Source of the DNA: Myxococcota bacterium
GTDB taxonomy: Bacteria; Myxococcota_A; UBA9160; UBA6930
Reading direction: 5' to 3'
Assembly (NCBI GenBank): GCA_965223415.1
Contig: OZ245002.1
Span: forward strand, 1,536,001 to 1,600,000
DNA: 64,000 bases
This document shows, in pieces, positions 7,785 through 17,789 of the stretch. The notes under the pieces were generated by a model. That model worked only from the letters and a program-made list of their open reading frames with translations. It was not told where the DNA came from and did no database searches. Each line of letters begins with the position of its first letter. Position 1 is the stretch's first letter. A program made the position numbers and the translations under genes.

Positions 7785-10700
7785 TCAGCTCTCGGCGGGG
7801 GCTTCGGATTCGGCGACGGGGTCGGCCGCGTCGTCCTCGGCGGCCTGGGCGTCGCGTGTGGCGCGGCGGAGGCGCGCGGGGGCGCGGGTGTCCAGGCGGC
7901 CGCTCAGCAGGAGCGACAGGTCCTCGACGACGAGATGGGCGCAGGGAACGAAGAAGAGCGTGATCAGGCTGGCGAAGATCACGCCGAAGGCCAGGGCGAT
8001 CGCCATCGGGATCATGAAGCGCGCCGAGAGGCTCTGCTCGAGCATCATCGGGGTGAGGCCGGCGAAGGTCGTGAGAGAGGTCAGCAGGATCGCGCGTAGG
8101 CGAGCGCGGCCAGCGTCGCGCACGGCCTCGGCCAGGCGCGCCCCCTGGCTGCGCAGGTGGTTCACGTGATCGACGAGCACGAGGCTCGCGTTCACCACGA
8201 CACCGGACAGGGCCACGAAGCCGATGATCGAATACATGCTGAAGTCGTATCCGAGCAGCATGTGACCGGCGATGCCGCCGATCAGGCCGAAGGGAATGGC
8301 GCTCATGATGATGAGCGGCTGCACGTAGGAGCGGAGGGGTACGGCCAGCAGTGCGTAGATCACGAGGAACGCGATCACCTGGCCGCGCAGCATGGCGCTC
8401 ATGAACATGCGCTGCTCGGCCTGCTCGCCCTCGAAGGAGTGGCGCACCCCCGGGTAGCCCGCCAGGAGCTCCGGGAGCACCCGCTCTTCCAGGTCGGCGA
8501 CGATCTCGTTGGCGTTCGCGACCGCCACGTCCACGTCCGCCGAGACGGTGACGACGCGCCGGCGATCGACGCGGCGGATCGCGGCGAAGCCGCGCCCGAG
8601 CTCGGCCGCGGCCACGGAGGTGAAGGGCACCTCGTCGCCCTCACGGGTGCGGATCCGCATCGCCTCCACGTCGCCGAGGGAGCGCCGCCGCTCGGCCGGA
8701 TAGCGGACCATTACCTTCACTTCGTCGCGGCCGCGCTGCAGGCGTTGCGCCTCCTCACCGTGGAAGGCCTGCCGCACCTGCCGCGCCACGTCCTGGAGGG
8801 ACACGCCGAGGGCCTCGGCGGAGGGCAGCACCCGGAACTGGAGCTCCTGCTTGCCGCCCTGGAAGGAATCGGCGATGTCGAACACACCAGGATAGGCGGC
8901 CAGCTGCGCCTTCAAGTCGCCGGCTGCGAGTCGCAGGCTCTCGAGATCGCTGCCGCGAAGCTCCAGCTCGACCGGCAGTCCAGCCGAGATCAGGCTGTTG
9001 TTGAAGCTCAGCTCCTCGGCGCCGGCGATATCTCCCACCCGCTCGCGCCAGCGCCGCTGCATCTCGTCCGTTCCGATGAAGCGCTGCTCCGGCTCGATCA
9101 TCTCGACCTGCACCTCACCCAGATGGGCCGCGCCTCCGGTCGAAGCCAGGTTGGGCAGCGGCCCCGCGTGGCGCGAGGAGGGCTGCTCGCCCACCGTCAC
9201 CATCACGTGGCTGAAGATGCTCTCGCCCTCCTCGCCCCGTTCCGCGTCGGCCTCTGCCTGCACCGCTCTCGCCGCCTGCTCCAGGCGCTCGATGGCCCGT
9301 GCCGTCGCGGCCGCCGGCGTGCCGGGCGCCATGGTGAGGCTCGCGCTGATCACGTCCCCTTCCACCGGCTCCTGGAAGGTGAAGCGCAGCCAGCCGCCGG
9401 CAAGGAGCCCGGTGCTCACCAGGAGCATCGAGCAGGCCAGCGCGATGGTCAGGTAGCGCCACTCGAGGGCCCACTCGAGGGCGGGCCGGTAGCGGTGCTC
9501 GATCAGGTAATCGAGCTGGTGCGCGACGCGGTCCTGGAGCGCCCTCCAGCGGCGACTGACGGGATTGCTGGGCGCGGCGTCGAGCTGGCTCCTCCCGTGC
9601 CCCAGGTGCGCGGGCAGGACGAACATGGCTTCCACGAGGGAGAACACCAGACAGGCGATCACCACCGTCGGCAGCACCGCGGTGAGCTTTCCCATGGAAC
9701 CGGGGATGAACAGCATCGGTGCGAACGCGGCAATGGTGGTGGCCACGCCGAACACGACCGGCACGGCGATACCCGTCGCGCCGCGCACCGCGCCTTCGAG
9801 CTTCTTGCCGGTGCGATGCTGCTCCGTATAGGTGTTCTCGCCGACCACGATGGCGTCGTCCACGACGATGCCCAGCACCACGATGAAGCCCAGCAACGAG
9901 ATCCAGTTGATGGTCTGGTCCAGGCTCGGGAGCACCGCGATCGCACCCAGGAAGGCGATGGGGATGCCGAGGCTCACCCAGAGCGCGAGGCGGAGCCGCA
10001 GAAAGATGGCCAGCACGGCGAGAACGAGCAGGAAGCCGCCCCGAGCGTTGCGGAACATGCTGCCGAGCCGGTCGTCCAGGAAGTCCCCGGCGTTCATCCA
10101 GATGGTGAGGGAGATGCCGGGCGGAAGGCTACGATCGGCGCCCGCGACGTAGCGCTTCACGGCGTTCGAGACGTCGAGCATCTTCTCGTCGCCTACCTGG
10201 AACACCTGGACCATCGCGGAGGACTCGCCGTCGAAGCTGGAGAACTGGTCCGTCTCAGCGAAGCCGTCGGTCACCCTGGCGACGTCGCCGACGGTGAGGC
10301 GTGTTCCGTCGTGACGGGAGACCAGCGCGATCTGCTCGAAGGCCGGCGCGCTCGTGGCCTTGCCCTTCGCCCGCAACAGGATCTCCCCGCCGGAAGCGCG
10401 CACGGAGCCTCCGGGCAGGTCGACGGAGGAGCGTCGCACGGCCCCGGCCACGTCGTCGAAGGTCACGCCGAAGCGCTGCAGCGCCTCCTCGGACACCTCG
10501 ATCTGGATTTCGTAGGGGCGAACCGAGGCCACCTGGGCCTGGGTGATCTCCGGAAGCGCCGTCAGCTCGTCCCGCACGTGCTCGGCGGCGCGCTTCAGCG
10601 TGCGCTCGTCAACGGCACCGGCGACTGCGATCGAGAGCACGATGCGGCCGATCTCCGCCTGCTTCACGACCGGGCGCTTGGCCTCGTCCGGGAAGCCCTC

Positions 10701-11048
10701 GATGGCGTCGATGCGCGCCCGCACGTCGGCGAGACGGCGGCTCAGATCTTCGCCGGCCTGCATCTCCACGACGACCGAGGCGATCCCCTCGCTGGCCGTC
10801 GATCGGACGCGCTTGATGCCGGGCATCCCGTCGAGCGCCTCTTCCACGCGGATGGCGATCGCCTGCTCGACCTCCTCCGGCGACGCGCCCGGGTAGGCCA
10901 CGCTGACGGTCACGATGTCGAGGTCGACGTCGGGGACCATCTCCTGCCCGATGGTCGGCAGGGTCATCAGGCCGCCCACCACCAGCAGGGCCATCAGCAG
11001 GTTCGAAGCGACGTGGTTCTCGGCGAACCACGCGATGGCGGCTTTCAC
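7785..11048 (-). CDS. RND efflux transporter, AcrB/MdtB-like permease
   Basis: GTG start overlapping the MFP stop; YPGASPEEVE, GIVVDDAIVVGEN, SGVVVNASLVLV, RLRAILLTSLTT. Confidence 0.95.
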   Translation of the reverse strand: MKAAIAWFAENHVASNLLMALLVVGGLMTLPTIGQEMVPDVDLDIVTVSVAYPGASPEEVEQAIAIRVEEALDGMPGIKRVRSTASEGIASVVVEMQAGEDLSRRLADVRARIDAIEGFPDEAKRPVVKQAEIGRIVLSIAVAGAVDERTLKRAAEHVRDELTALPEITQAQVASVRPYEIQIEVSEEALQRFGVTFDDVAGAVRRSSVDLPGGSVRASGGEILLRAKGKATSAPAFEQIALVSRHDGTRLTVGDVARVTDGFAETDQFSSFDGESSAMVQVFQVGDEKMLDVSNAVKRYVAGADRSLPPGISLTIWMNAGDFLDDRLGSMFRNARGGFLLVLAVLAIFLRLRLALWVSLGIPIAFLGAIAVLPSLDQTINWISLLGFIVVLGIVVDDAIVVGENTYTEQHRTGKKLEGAVRGATGIAVPVVFGVATTIAAFAPMLFIPGSMGKLTAVLPTVVIACLVFSLVEAMFVLPAHLGHGRSQLDAAPSNPVSRRWRALQDRVAHQLDYLIEHRYRPALEWALEWRYLTIALACSMLLVSTGLLAGGWLRFTFQEPVEGDVISASLTMAPGTPAAATARAIERLEQAARAVQAEADAERGEEGESIFSHVMVTVGEQPSSRHAGPLPNLASTGGAAHLGEVQVEMIEPEQRFIGTDEMQRRWRERVGDIAGAEELSFNNSLISAGLPVELELRGSDLESLRLAAGDLKAQLAAYPGVFDIADSFQGGKQELQFRVLPSAEALGVSLQDVARQVRQAFHGEEAQRLQRGRDEVKVMVRYPAERRRSLGDVEAMRIRTREGDEVPFTSVAAAELGRGFAAIRRVDRRRVVTVSADVDVAVANANEIVADLEERVLPELLAGYPGVRHSFEGEQAEQRMFMSAMLRGQVIAFLVIYALLAVPLRSYVQPLIIMSAIPFGLIGGIAGHMLLGYDFSMYSIIGFVALSGVVVNASLVLVDHVNHLRSQGARLAEAVRDAGRARLRAILLTSLTTFAGLTPMMLEQSLSARFMIPMAIALAFGVIFASLITLFFVPCAHLVVEDLSLLLSGRLDTRAPARLRRATRDAQAAEDDAADPVAESEAPAES

Positions 11049-12211
11049 GACCCGCTCTCCGCAGCGGAGGGCTCGGGAAGCACCTCCATGCCGTCGGTGA
11101 GAAGCGCGAGGGCGCGGGACGCCACCCGCTCGCCGTCCTCGAGACCGGCGCCGATCAGCACCCGTTCGCCATCGGCGCGCAGCACTTCGACCTCGCGCAC
11201 ACGAACGCGGGAATCCGCTCCGATCACCAGCACCTGCCGGGTGCCGCGCAGGGCGCCGCGGGGCAGGTCGAAAGCGGCGGGCACGCTGCGGCCCTCGATC
11301 TCGGCCTCGACGAACAGGCCGACGGGCAAACCCGGCCCAGCGGCCGTGCCGCGCTCGATGCGGGCCACCGCGACGAGCATCCGCGTGCGCGCGTCGAGTG
11401 CGCCCTCCATGCGCACGAGTCGGCCGGTCCACTCCTGGCGACGACCGGCGAAGTGCCCGGCGAGCATCACCCGGGGCGCCGACTCGGTGCCGGGCGAGGC
11501 GAGATCGAGGAAGGCCAGCTCGTCGCTCGGGATCGGCAGGCGCACCTCGAGGGCGTCGGTCGCGTAGACCCGGGCCGCGGCCGCGCCGCGTCCGGCGAAC
11601 TGGCCCACGGCCACCGCGCGGCTGCGGACGCGACCGTCGAAGGGAGCACGCACCTGCGTCCGCTCGAGATCGAGCTCGGCCTGGGCCAGGGCCGCCCGCG
11701 CTTCGCGAAGGCTGGCGCCCGCGACGCCGGCGCGGCTCTCGGCCTCGTCCAGGGCGGCGGGGCTGGCGGCACCGACACCGCGCAGCGTCCTGCGCCGCTC
11801 GAGGGTGGAGGCGGCCAGCCGGTGCTGGCTCTCGGCTCGTTCGACTCCGGCGCGGGCGCGCTCGAGGGCGGCCTCGTAGTCCCGGGCGTCGATGCGCAGG
11901 AGCGGCTCGCCTGCGGTGAAACGGCCGCCGGCTTCGAGGGCTGGCGCGATCCACGTGATGCGACCGGCGGCCTCCACGACGAGGTCGGTCTCGAGGCGCG
12001 GCTCGACGGTTCCCTGGGCGCGCACCCGCAGCTTCACGGGCTCTGCCCGGGCGACAGTGACCGCCACCGGCGGAATGCGCTCGGTGATCGCTTCGGGCTC
12101 GCCCCGAGGCTCGATGGCGACGAGCCCGGTCGTGGCGAGAAGGCCGGCACCCAGCACGATGACCGGGGCGAGGGCCTTGGGGCCGATCTGTCGGAGAGTC
12201 CGCGGCATCAT
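11045..12211 (-). CDS. RND periplasmic adaptor (MFP) subunit
   Basis: N-terminal TM, GRITWIAPALEAGGRFTAGEPLLRID, coiled-coil hairpin, TQVRAPFDGRV. Confidence 0.93.
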   Translation of the reverse strand: MMPRTLRQIGPKALAPVIVLGAGLLATTGLVAIEPRGEPEAITERIPPVAVTVARAEPVKLRVRAQGTVEPRLETDLVVEAAGRITWIAPALEAGGRFTAGEPLLRIDARDYEAALERARAGVERAESQHRLAASTLERRRTLRGVGAASPAALDEAESRAGVAGASLREARAALAQAELDLERTQVRAPFDGRVRSRAVAVGQFAGRGAAAARVYATDALEVRLPIPSDELAFLDLASPGTESAPRVMLAGHFAGRRQEWTGRLVRMEGALDARTRMLVAVARIERGTAAGPGLPVGLFVEAEIEGRSVPAAFDLPRGALRGTRQVLVIGADSRVRVREVEVLRADGERVLIGAGLEDGERVASRALALLTDGMEVLPEPSAAESGS

Positions 12212-12426
12212 CTCTCGCGGCCTTGGGCGGCAGCTCTCTGAGGGGGGAAGAGGGGGGCGGCGCCCCGGGGCTCCTTGCACCCGACCGATCGGGCGGGTGT
12301 CTCCGGGCTATCGGCAGAATGGGGGCAGAGGATGAGCAGCCGTTCGTCCACGGGACAGGCTCGACGCGGGTCGGAACCCCCGGGGGGAGGCCGGCCAACG
12401 CGGAGCGGCCGTGTCACCATGCGCCC

Positions 12427-13206
12427 ATGCCGCGCCTCAGCCACCTCAGCCGCTCGATCGCCGGCCGGATCGCCCTGGTGACCGGGGCCGCCAGCGGCAT
12501 GGGCCGGGCCACCGCCCACTTGTTCGCCGACGAGGGCGCGCGGGTGGCCGTGTGCGACCTGAACGCGGAGGGCACGGCGACGGTCGTGAAGGAGATCCGG
12601 TCGGCCGGGGGCGAGGCCGAGGGCTTCCCGTGCGACGTGGCCGATCCGGTGGCTGCGGCAAGCCTGGTGCAAGACGTGGCCGGGCACTTCGGCGGCCTGC
12701 ACATCCTCGTGAACAACGCCGGCGTCAGCCTCGGCGCGCCCCTCGAGAGCGCCGAGTTCCCGGAGATCTGGGATCGCAGCTTGGCGGTGAACCTCACCTC
12801 CCAGATCCAGCTGATCCGCGCGGCCCTCCCCCACCTCCAGGCCGACGGCGCCGGACGCATCGTCAACATCGCCTCCACCGAGGGGCTCGGCGCCACCGCC
12901 GGCATCCCCAACTACACAGCGAGCAAGCACGGCGTGGTGGGCCTGACCCGGTCCCTCGCAGTGGGGCTCGGCAGCCAGGGCGTGACCGTGAACTGCATCT
13001 GTCCGGGCCCGATCCACACCGGGATGACCGCGGCGATTCCGGACGGGATGAAGGAGAAGTTCGCGCGCCGGCGGGTGCCGGCGCGGCGCTACGGCGATCC
13101 CGAGGAGGTGGCCCACGCGACGTTGTCGCTCGTGCTGCCCGCTGCCTCGTTCATCAACGGCGCCATCCTGCCCGTGGACGGCGGGTTGGTCGTGCAGAAC
13201 ACCTAG
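12427..13206 (+). CDS. Short-chain dehydrogenase/reductase
   Basis: TGAASGMG, NNAG, YTASK, PVDGG. Confidence 0.94.
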   Translation: MPRLSHLSRSIAGRIALVTGAASGMGRATAHLFADEGARVAVCDLNAEGTATVVKEIRSAGGEAEGFPCDVADPVAAASLVQDVAGHFGGLHILVNNAGVSLGAPLESAEFPEIWDRSLAVNLTSQIQLIRAALPHLQADGAGRIVNIASTEGLGATAGIPNYTASKHGVVGLTRSLAVGLGSQGVTVNCICPGPIHTGMTAAIPDGMKEKFARRRVPARRYGDPEEVAHATLSLVLPAASFINGAILPVDGGLVVQNT

Positions 13207-13214
13207 GAGCATCC

Positions 13215-13964
13215 ATGGCCGCGGAACGAATCGACGCCTATCTCGTCGCAGCAGGGCGCTACCACGACATCGACTATGCGCGGGTCGAGCTCCTCAAGCA
13301 CCTGGCGGTGCACGAGCAGGTCCGCGTGCGGGTCGCGGACAGCTACGCCGATACGGAGGCGATCGCTGCGAGCCGCTTCCTCGTCACCTACACCTGCGAC
13401 GTACGACCGACCCAGCAGCAGCAGGAGGCGCTCCAGCGCTACGTCGAGGGTGGGGGCCGCTGGCTGGCACTGCACGGGACGAATGCGGCCCTCGACTTCA
13501 CCGCCGAGGGAGTGGTCGCGCCACGTGTGATCGGCACCCTGGCCCACACCCTGGGCAGCCAGTTCCTCGCACACCCGCCGATCCAGCCCTACAAGGTGGA
13601 GCCCTGCGCCCCGGACCATCCCCTCGTCACGGGCATCGACGCCTTCGAGACCGACGACGAGCTCTACCTCTGCGAGTACCACGAGCGCGAGAAGCTCGTC
13701 CCGCTGCTCGACACCCAGTACGCCGGCGACGCGGCGGGCTTCGTGGAAACCGACTGGTCCGACGCCGACCGCCACCTCGTGATGTACCTACGTCCCCTCG
13801 GCGAGGGTGCCGTCCTCTACAACACCCTCGGCCACTGCCGCGGCCACTACGACATGCAGCCGGTGATGGACTACTACCCCGTCGTCGAGCGCTGCAGCTG
13901 GGAGAAGCCCGAGTACCACGAACTCCTCCGCCGCAGCCTCCGCTGGTGCCTTGGCGAGCTGTGA
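13215..13964 (+). CDS. ThuA-like domain protein (class I GATase-like fold)
   Basis: GGAG RBS; GGRWLALHG, DHPLVTG, TDDELY, GEGAVLYNTLGH. Confidence 0.85.
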   Translation: MAAERIDAYLVAAGRYHDIDYARVELLKHLAVHEQVRVRVADSYADTEAIAASRFLVTYTCDVRPTQQQQEALQRYVEGGGRWLALHGTNAALDFTAEGVVAPRVIGTLAHTLGSQFLAHPPIQPYKVEPCAPDHPLVTGIDAFETDDELYLCEYHEREKLVPLLDTQYAGDAAGFVETDWSDADRHLVMYLRPLGEGAVLYNTLGHCRGHYDMQPVMDYYPVVERCSWEKPEYHELLRRSLRWCLGEL

Positions 13965-13977
13965 AGAAGCGGCGCGA

Positions 13978-14514
13978 CTAGATCCAGGGGGGGTTGGCGA
14001 AGCTGCGGGCGGCGACCGCCTGGTGGGGGTGGAGGCCGGCCATGGCGGCGACACGATCGGCGAGGACGCGCTCGAAGGCGGGCATCAGACCGTCGGTGTA
14101 GGCGAGCTCCCAGGCGAGACCCATGATGCGCATGCGTTGGCTCGTGTCGAAGGCGTCGCGCACCTGGGCGGCGGGATCGTGGCCGCGCCGGTCGACGTCA
14201 CTCTCGGCGAGCCGCAGAATGGCCGTGGCCTGGCGCCGCGTCACGCCGAACAGATCCTGGATGCCCCGGCGGATCGTCCGCCGCTCCGCCTCGATGGAAT
14301 CCGCATCGGCGTAGGCGGTGGTCACGAGGAAGCGCGCCGTCGCGATCTGGAGCGGGCGCGACACCGGAAGCCCGTAGCGGTCCCGCGCCAACGGAGCACC
14401 GCCAGTCAGGCGAATGCGGGCCCGCCCGATCCAGCGGCGAGCCACCGCCTCGACCCGGCGTCCCCGCCGGAAGGCCGTGTTCGTCTCGATGTACTCGCGG
14501 TCGAGCAGATCCAT
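13978..14514 (-). CDS. TerB-like (tellurite resistance family) protein
   Basis: Two helical repeats AYADADSIEAERRTI and LAYTDGLMPAFERVLADRVAAMAGL. Confidence 0.65.
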   Translation of the reverse strand: MDLLDREYIETNTAFRRGRRVEAVARRWIGRARIRLTGGAPLARDRYGLPVSRPLQIATARFLVTTAYADADSIEAERRTIRRGIQDLFGVTRRQATAILRLAESDVDRRGHDPAAQVRDAFDTSQRMRIMGLAWELAYTDGLMPAFERVLADRVAAMAGLHPHQAVAARSFANPPWI

Positions 14515-14616
14515 GTCCCTGCCTGCCCCGGTGGCCAGCTTCGGCCGAGCACATCCTAGTACGTCTCGGCGCGGCTTCGCGTTCCTCGGGTCCGATGCCG
14601 CAGCCGGGGCCGGGTC

Positions 14617-15093
14617 TCACCCCGAGGGGATCCGCTCCTCGGCCAGCTTCTCGGCATCCTGGAGGATCTCGGCCAGCTCGTTGAGATCACTGGCCAGGTC
14701 GACCAGGGCATCGCCGTCCCGCAGCGTCATGCGCGCGCCGTAGTCGCCGCTCTTCAGGGCCTGGACGTGGCGCCGGAACACCACTTCGGGCCCGATCATG
14801 CGATGGGTGTGGATGATGCACACCGCACTCACCAGGCCGAAGTAGATCGCGCCGGTCGCGGCGACGCCACCGAGCAGACTCGCGGCCTGGAGCTCGACCA
14901 GCCAGTCGCCGGCGTGCAGCCCGGCGTCCGCCAGGAGATCGCCGAAGGCGATGTAGGCGAAGCTGACGCAGAGGATGGCATAGGCCGAGGTCGCGCAGAA
15001 GAGGAAGAACGGGAGACGAAGCTGCCGCATCGGGTCGACGAGCAGGTTGCGCGCCCGCCGCTGCGATCTGGCGATACGAAGATGTCGCTCCAT
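14617..15093 (-). CDS. Two-TM protein with C-terminal HAMP-like domain
   Basis: Two TMs then THRMIGPEVVFRRHVQALKSGDYGARMTLRDGD...LASDLNELA. Confidence 0.72.
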   Translation of the reverse strand: MERHLRIARSQRRARNLLVDPMRQLRLPFFLFCATSAYAILCVSFAYIAFGDLLADAGLHAGDWLVELQAASLLGGVAATGAIYFGLVSAVCIIHTHRMIGPEVVFRRHVQALKSGDYGARMTLRDGDALVDLASDLNELAEILQDAEKLAEERIPSG

Positions 15094-15255
15094 TCGAGGC
15101 GCTCCGATTGGGCTCCGCTCCCAACCGCGGGGAGGGGGTCAATGGCTCTCTTCGGCGAACCCGGCGCGTCACCGGACTCGTTTTTCCGGGTACGCTCGGC
15201 GATGCGCAACATGGCACCGAAGTCGGCTTCCAAGCTGCGATAAGCTCGCCGGATC

Positions 15256-16770
15256 ATGCACACCTTCGCCGACCCCCTTGCCCGAGCGCAGCGCGTCGCC
15301 GCCGAACGCCTCGCCGTCGTGTGCGGCGACCGACGTCTCACCTACTCCGACCTGTGGCGTCGCTGCCGCATGCTCGCCGGCGCCCTGGACGCGGCCGGGA
15401 TCGGACGCGGCGATCGGGTCGCCATCTGGGCGGGCAACTGCCACGCCTACATCGAGACCTACACCACCGTTCCCGCCTGCGGGCGCGTCGCCGTCCCCCT
15501 GAATACCCGCCACGCCGAGCCCGAGCTCCGCTACGCCCTCGGGGATTCCGGCGCACGGCTCCTGCTGACGGACCGGGACGCGTCGGGGCTCGCGGACATC
15601 GTGGAGCGGGTGATCCGCATCCCGGACGAGTACGACGCGTGGATCGGTGCGGCGGCGGAAGCGGAGCTCGGCGCCGGCGTGGACGAGCAGGACCTGGCAG
15701 GTCTCTTCTACACCGGCGGCACCACCGGGGCCTCCAAGGGCGTGATGCTCACCCACCGCAACCTGATCGCGAACACCTTCCACTGGATGGCCGCGGTCCC
15801 GCAGCGGCCGGACGACACCTTCCTCGTGATGGCGCCGCTCTTCCACGCCGCCGGCTCCAACGGCGTGCTCGCGAGCCTGTGGACCGCCGGCTGCCAGGTC
15901 ATGCTCCCGGCCTTCGACCCAGCCGTGGCCCTCGATCTGATCGAGCGCGAGCGGGTGACCGAAACGCTGGGCGTGCCGACCATGCTGGCGGCCCTGGCCG
16001 AGGAGCAGCACGCCCGGCCGCGCGAGACGGGCACGTTGCGCTGCATCGGCCACGGCGGCTCTCCCATCGCCACCGAGGTGATCCGCCGCACCCACACGGC
16101 GTTCCCGACCGCCGAGCTGATCGAGGTCTACGGCGCCACCGAGCTCTCGCCCCTGGCGACCGGGCTCCGAGGCGAGGAGGGCCTGGTCGAACAGAAGCGG
16201 GCGCGCTCCTGCGGCCAGGCCATGCCGGGCGTCGACGTGCGCGTGCTGGACCCCGACGGCAAGGAGCGGCCGGCCGGCGAAGTGGGCGAGGTGGTCGTGC
16301 GCGGGCCCAACGTGATGCGCGGCTACTGGAACAAGCCGGAACAGACGGCCGCCGTCCTCCGTGACGGCGCCTACTGGACCGGCGACCTCGGCTTCATGGA
16401 CGACGAGGGCTACCTCTTCCTCGTCGACCGCTCCAAGGACATGATCGTCTCCGGCGGCGAGAACGTGTACTCGACCGAGGTGGAAGAGGTGCTCTACCAG
16501 CATCCCGCCGTCCTCGAGGCAGCAGTGTTCGGCGTGCCCGACGAGAAGTGGGGCGAGGCGGTCTGGGCGGTCGTCGTCCCGCGAGAGGGGCACGGCGACG
16601 TCGATCCCGCCGAGCTCATCGGCTTCTGTCGCGAGCAGATCGCCGGCTACAAGGTGCCGAAGGGCGTCGACCTGCGGACGGAGCCGCTGCCCAAGTCCGG
16701 CCCGGGCAAGGTGCTGAAGCGCGAGCTGCGCGCCCCCTTCTGGGAGGGGCGGGACCGCCAGGTGAGCTGA
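15256..16770 (+). CDS. Long-chain acyl-CoA synthetase / AMP-binding ligase
   Basis: YTGGTTGASKG, YGATE, TGDLG, DRSKDMIVSGGENVY, PKSGPGKVLK. Confidence 0.95.
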   Translation: MHTFADPLARAQRVAAERLAVVCGDRRLTYSDLWRRCRMLAGALDAAGIGRGDRVAIWAGNCHAYIETYTTVPACGRVAVPLNTRHAEPELRYALGDSGARLLLTDRDASGLADIVERVIRIPDEYDAWIGAAAEAELGAGVDEQDLAGLFYTGGTTGASKGVMLTHRNLIANTFHWMAAVPQRPDDTFLVMAPLFHAAGSNGVLASLWTAGCQVMLPAFDPAVALDLIERERVTETLGVPTMLAALAEEQHARPRETGTLRCIGHGGSPIATEVIRRTHTAFPTAELIEVYGATELSPLATGLRGEEGLVEQKRARSCGQAMPGVDVRVLDPDGKERPAGEVGEVVVRGPNVMRGYWNKPEQTAAVLRDGAYWTGDLGFMDDEGYLFLVDRSKDMIVSGGENVYSTEVEEVLYQHPAVLEAAVFGVPDEKWGEAVWAVVVPREGHGDVDPAELIGFCREQIAGYKVPKGVDLRTEPLPKSGPGKVLKRELRAPFWEGRDRQVS

Positions 16771-17690
16771 TGAGCGCGACCACGCCCGCCCTCTCGATCC
16801 AGCTGTGGAACTTCGCTGCCAGGGACCCGGGGCCCGCCGGCTGGGAGCCCCTCCTGGCCCAGGCCCGGGCCGCCGACGAGGCCGGCGTGGACCGGCTCGT
16901 CGTCTCGGACCATGTGGTGTTCGGCGAGAACCTGGAGGCCTACGGCCGGCCCGAGCTCGGCGGCGTCGAAGGAGGCCGGCAGCCCACCGGACCGGACGGC
17001 CATTGGCTCGAGCCGCTCACCCTGCTCTCGGTAATCGCCGGTGCCACCACCCACTGCCGGCTGATGACCGGCATCCTGATCGCCGCGCTCCGACGACCGG
17101 TCGTGCTGGCCAAGACCACCTCCACCCTCGACGTGCTCTCCGGCGGGCGCCTCGATCTCGGCGTAGGCGTCGGGTGGCAACGGGAGGAGTACGAGGCCGC
17201 GGGCCTCGCCTTCGAGGGGCGCGGCCAGCTGCTGGAGCGGAGCCTCGAGCGGTGCCAGGGCTTCTGGCGGGATCCCGTCGTCGAGGGCGCCCACATGATG
17301 CCCAAGCCGCTCCAGCCCGGCGGCGTGCCCGTCTGGGTGAGCGGCCGCATGGGTCGGCGCGTCCTCGATCGCATCGCCCGCTTCGGCAGCGGCTGGATTC
17401 CGTGGGGCGACGACGCCCTCGACCCGGCGGCCAGCGTGCCGCGCATCCGAGAGGCGCTCGAGGCTGCCGGTCGCGACGCGACGGGCTTCCAGGTCACAGG
17501 CTCGCTCCCTGCCGTGTTCGACGAGCGCAAGCAGCTCGATCTCGCGGGCACGATGGAACGGGTGCCGCCGCTGGTGGACGCGGGCCTCACGGACTTCCGC
17601 GCTCAGCTCCGGCTCGCCGCCGATCCGAGCGAAGCCAGGGATCAGCTGGCGGAGGTGGTCTCGGCCTTCCGGAAGGCGGTCGGTCGCTAG
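16770..17690 (+). CDS. LLM-class (probably F420-dependent) oxidoreductase
   Basis: VSDHVV, LDVLSGGRLDLGVGVGWQREEY, PKPLQPGGVPVW. Confidence 0.88.
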   Translation: MSATTPALSIQLWNFAARDPGPAGWEPLLAQARAADEAGVDRLVVSDHVVFGENLEAYGRPELGGVEGGRQPTGPDGHWLEPLTLLSVIAGATTHCRLMTGILIAALRRPVVLAKTTSTLDVLSGGRLDLGVGVGWQREEYEAAGLAFEGRGQLLERSLERCQGFWRDPVVEGAHMMPKPLQPGGVPVWVSGRMGRRVLDRIARFGSGWIPWGDDALDPAASVPRIREALEAAGRDATGFQVTGSLPAVFDERKQLDLAGTMERVPPLVDAGLTDFRAQLRLAADPSEARDQLAEVVSAFRKAVGR

Positions 17691-17789
17691 GCTCCACCTC
17701 CGAGGTATCGGCAGGGCTACGCTCGGGCGGCTGGCGATCGATCACGACGAGGAGCGGGCCGCGCGCCGGGCTTCCGCTACATCCTGGGG

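Noticed and set aside
4427..12398. Very long alternative ORFs (4427..7255, 8157..11567, the N-terminal extension of 7785..12398; likewise 27729..30233 and the 51172 extension)
   Set aside because: These are shadow frames of real genes in high-GC DNA, with Arg/Gly/Ala-rich low-information translations and no family motifs.
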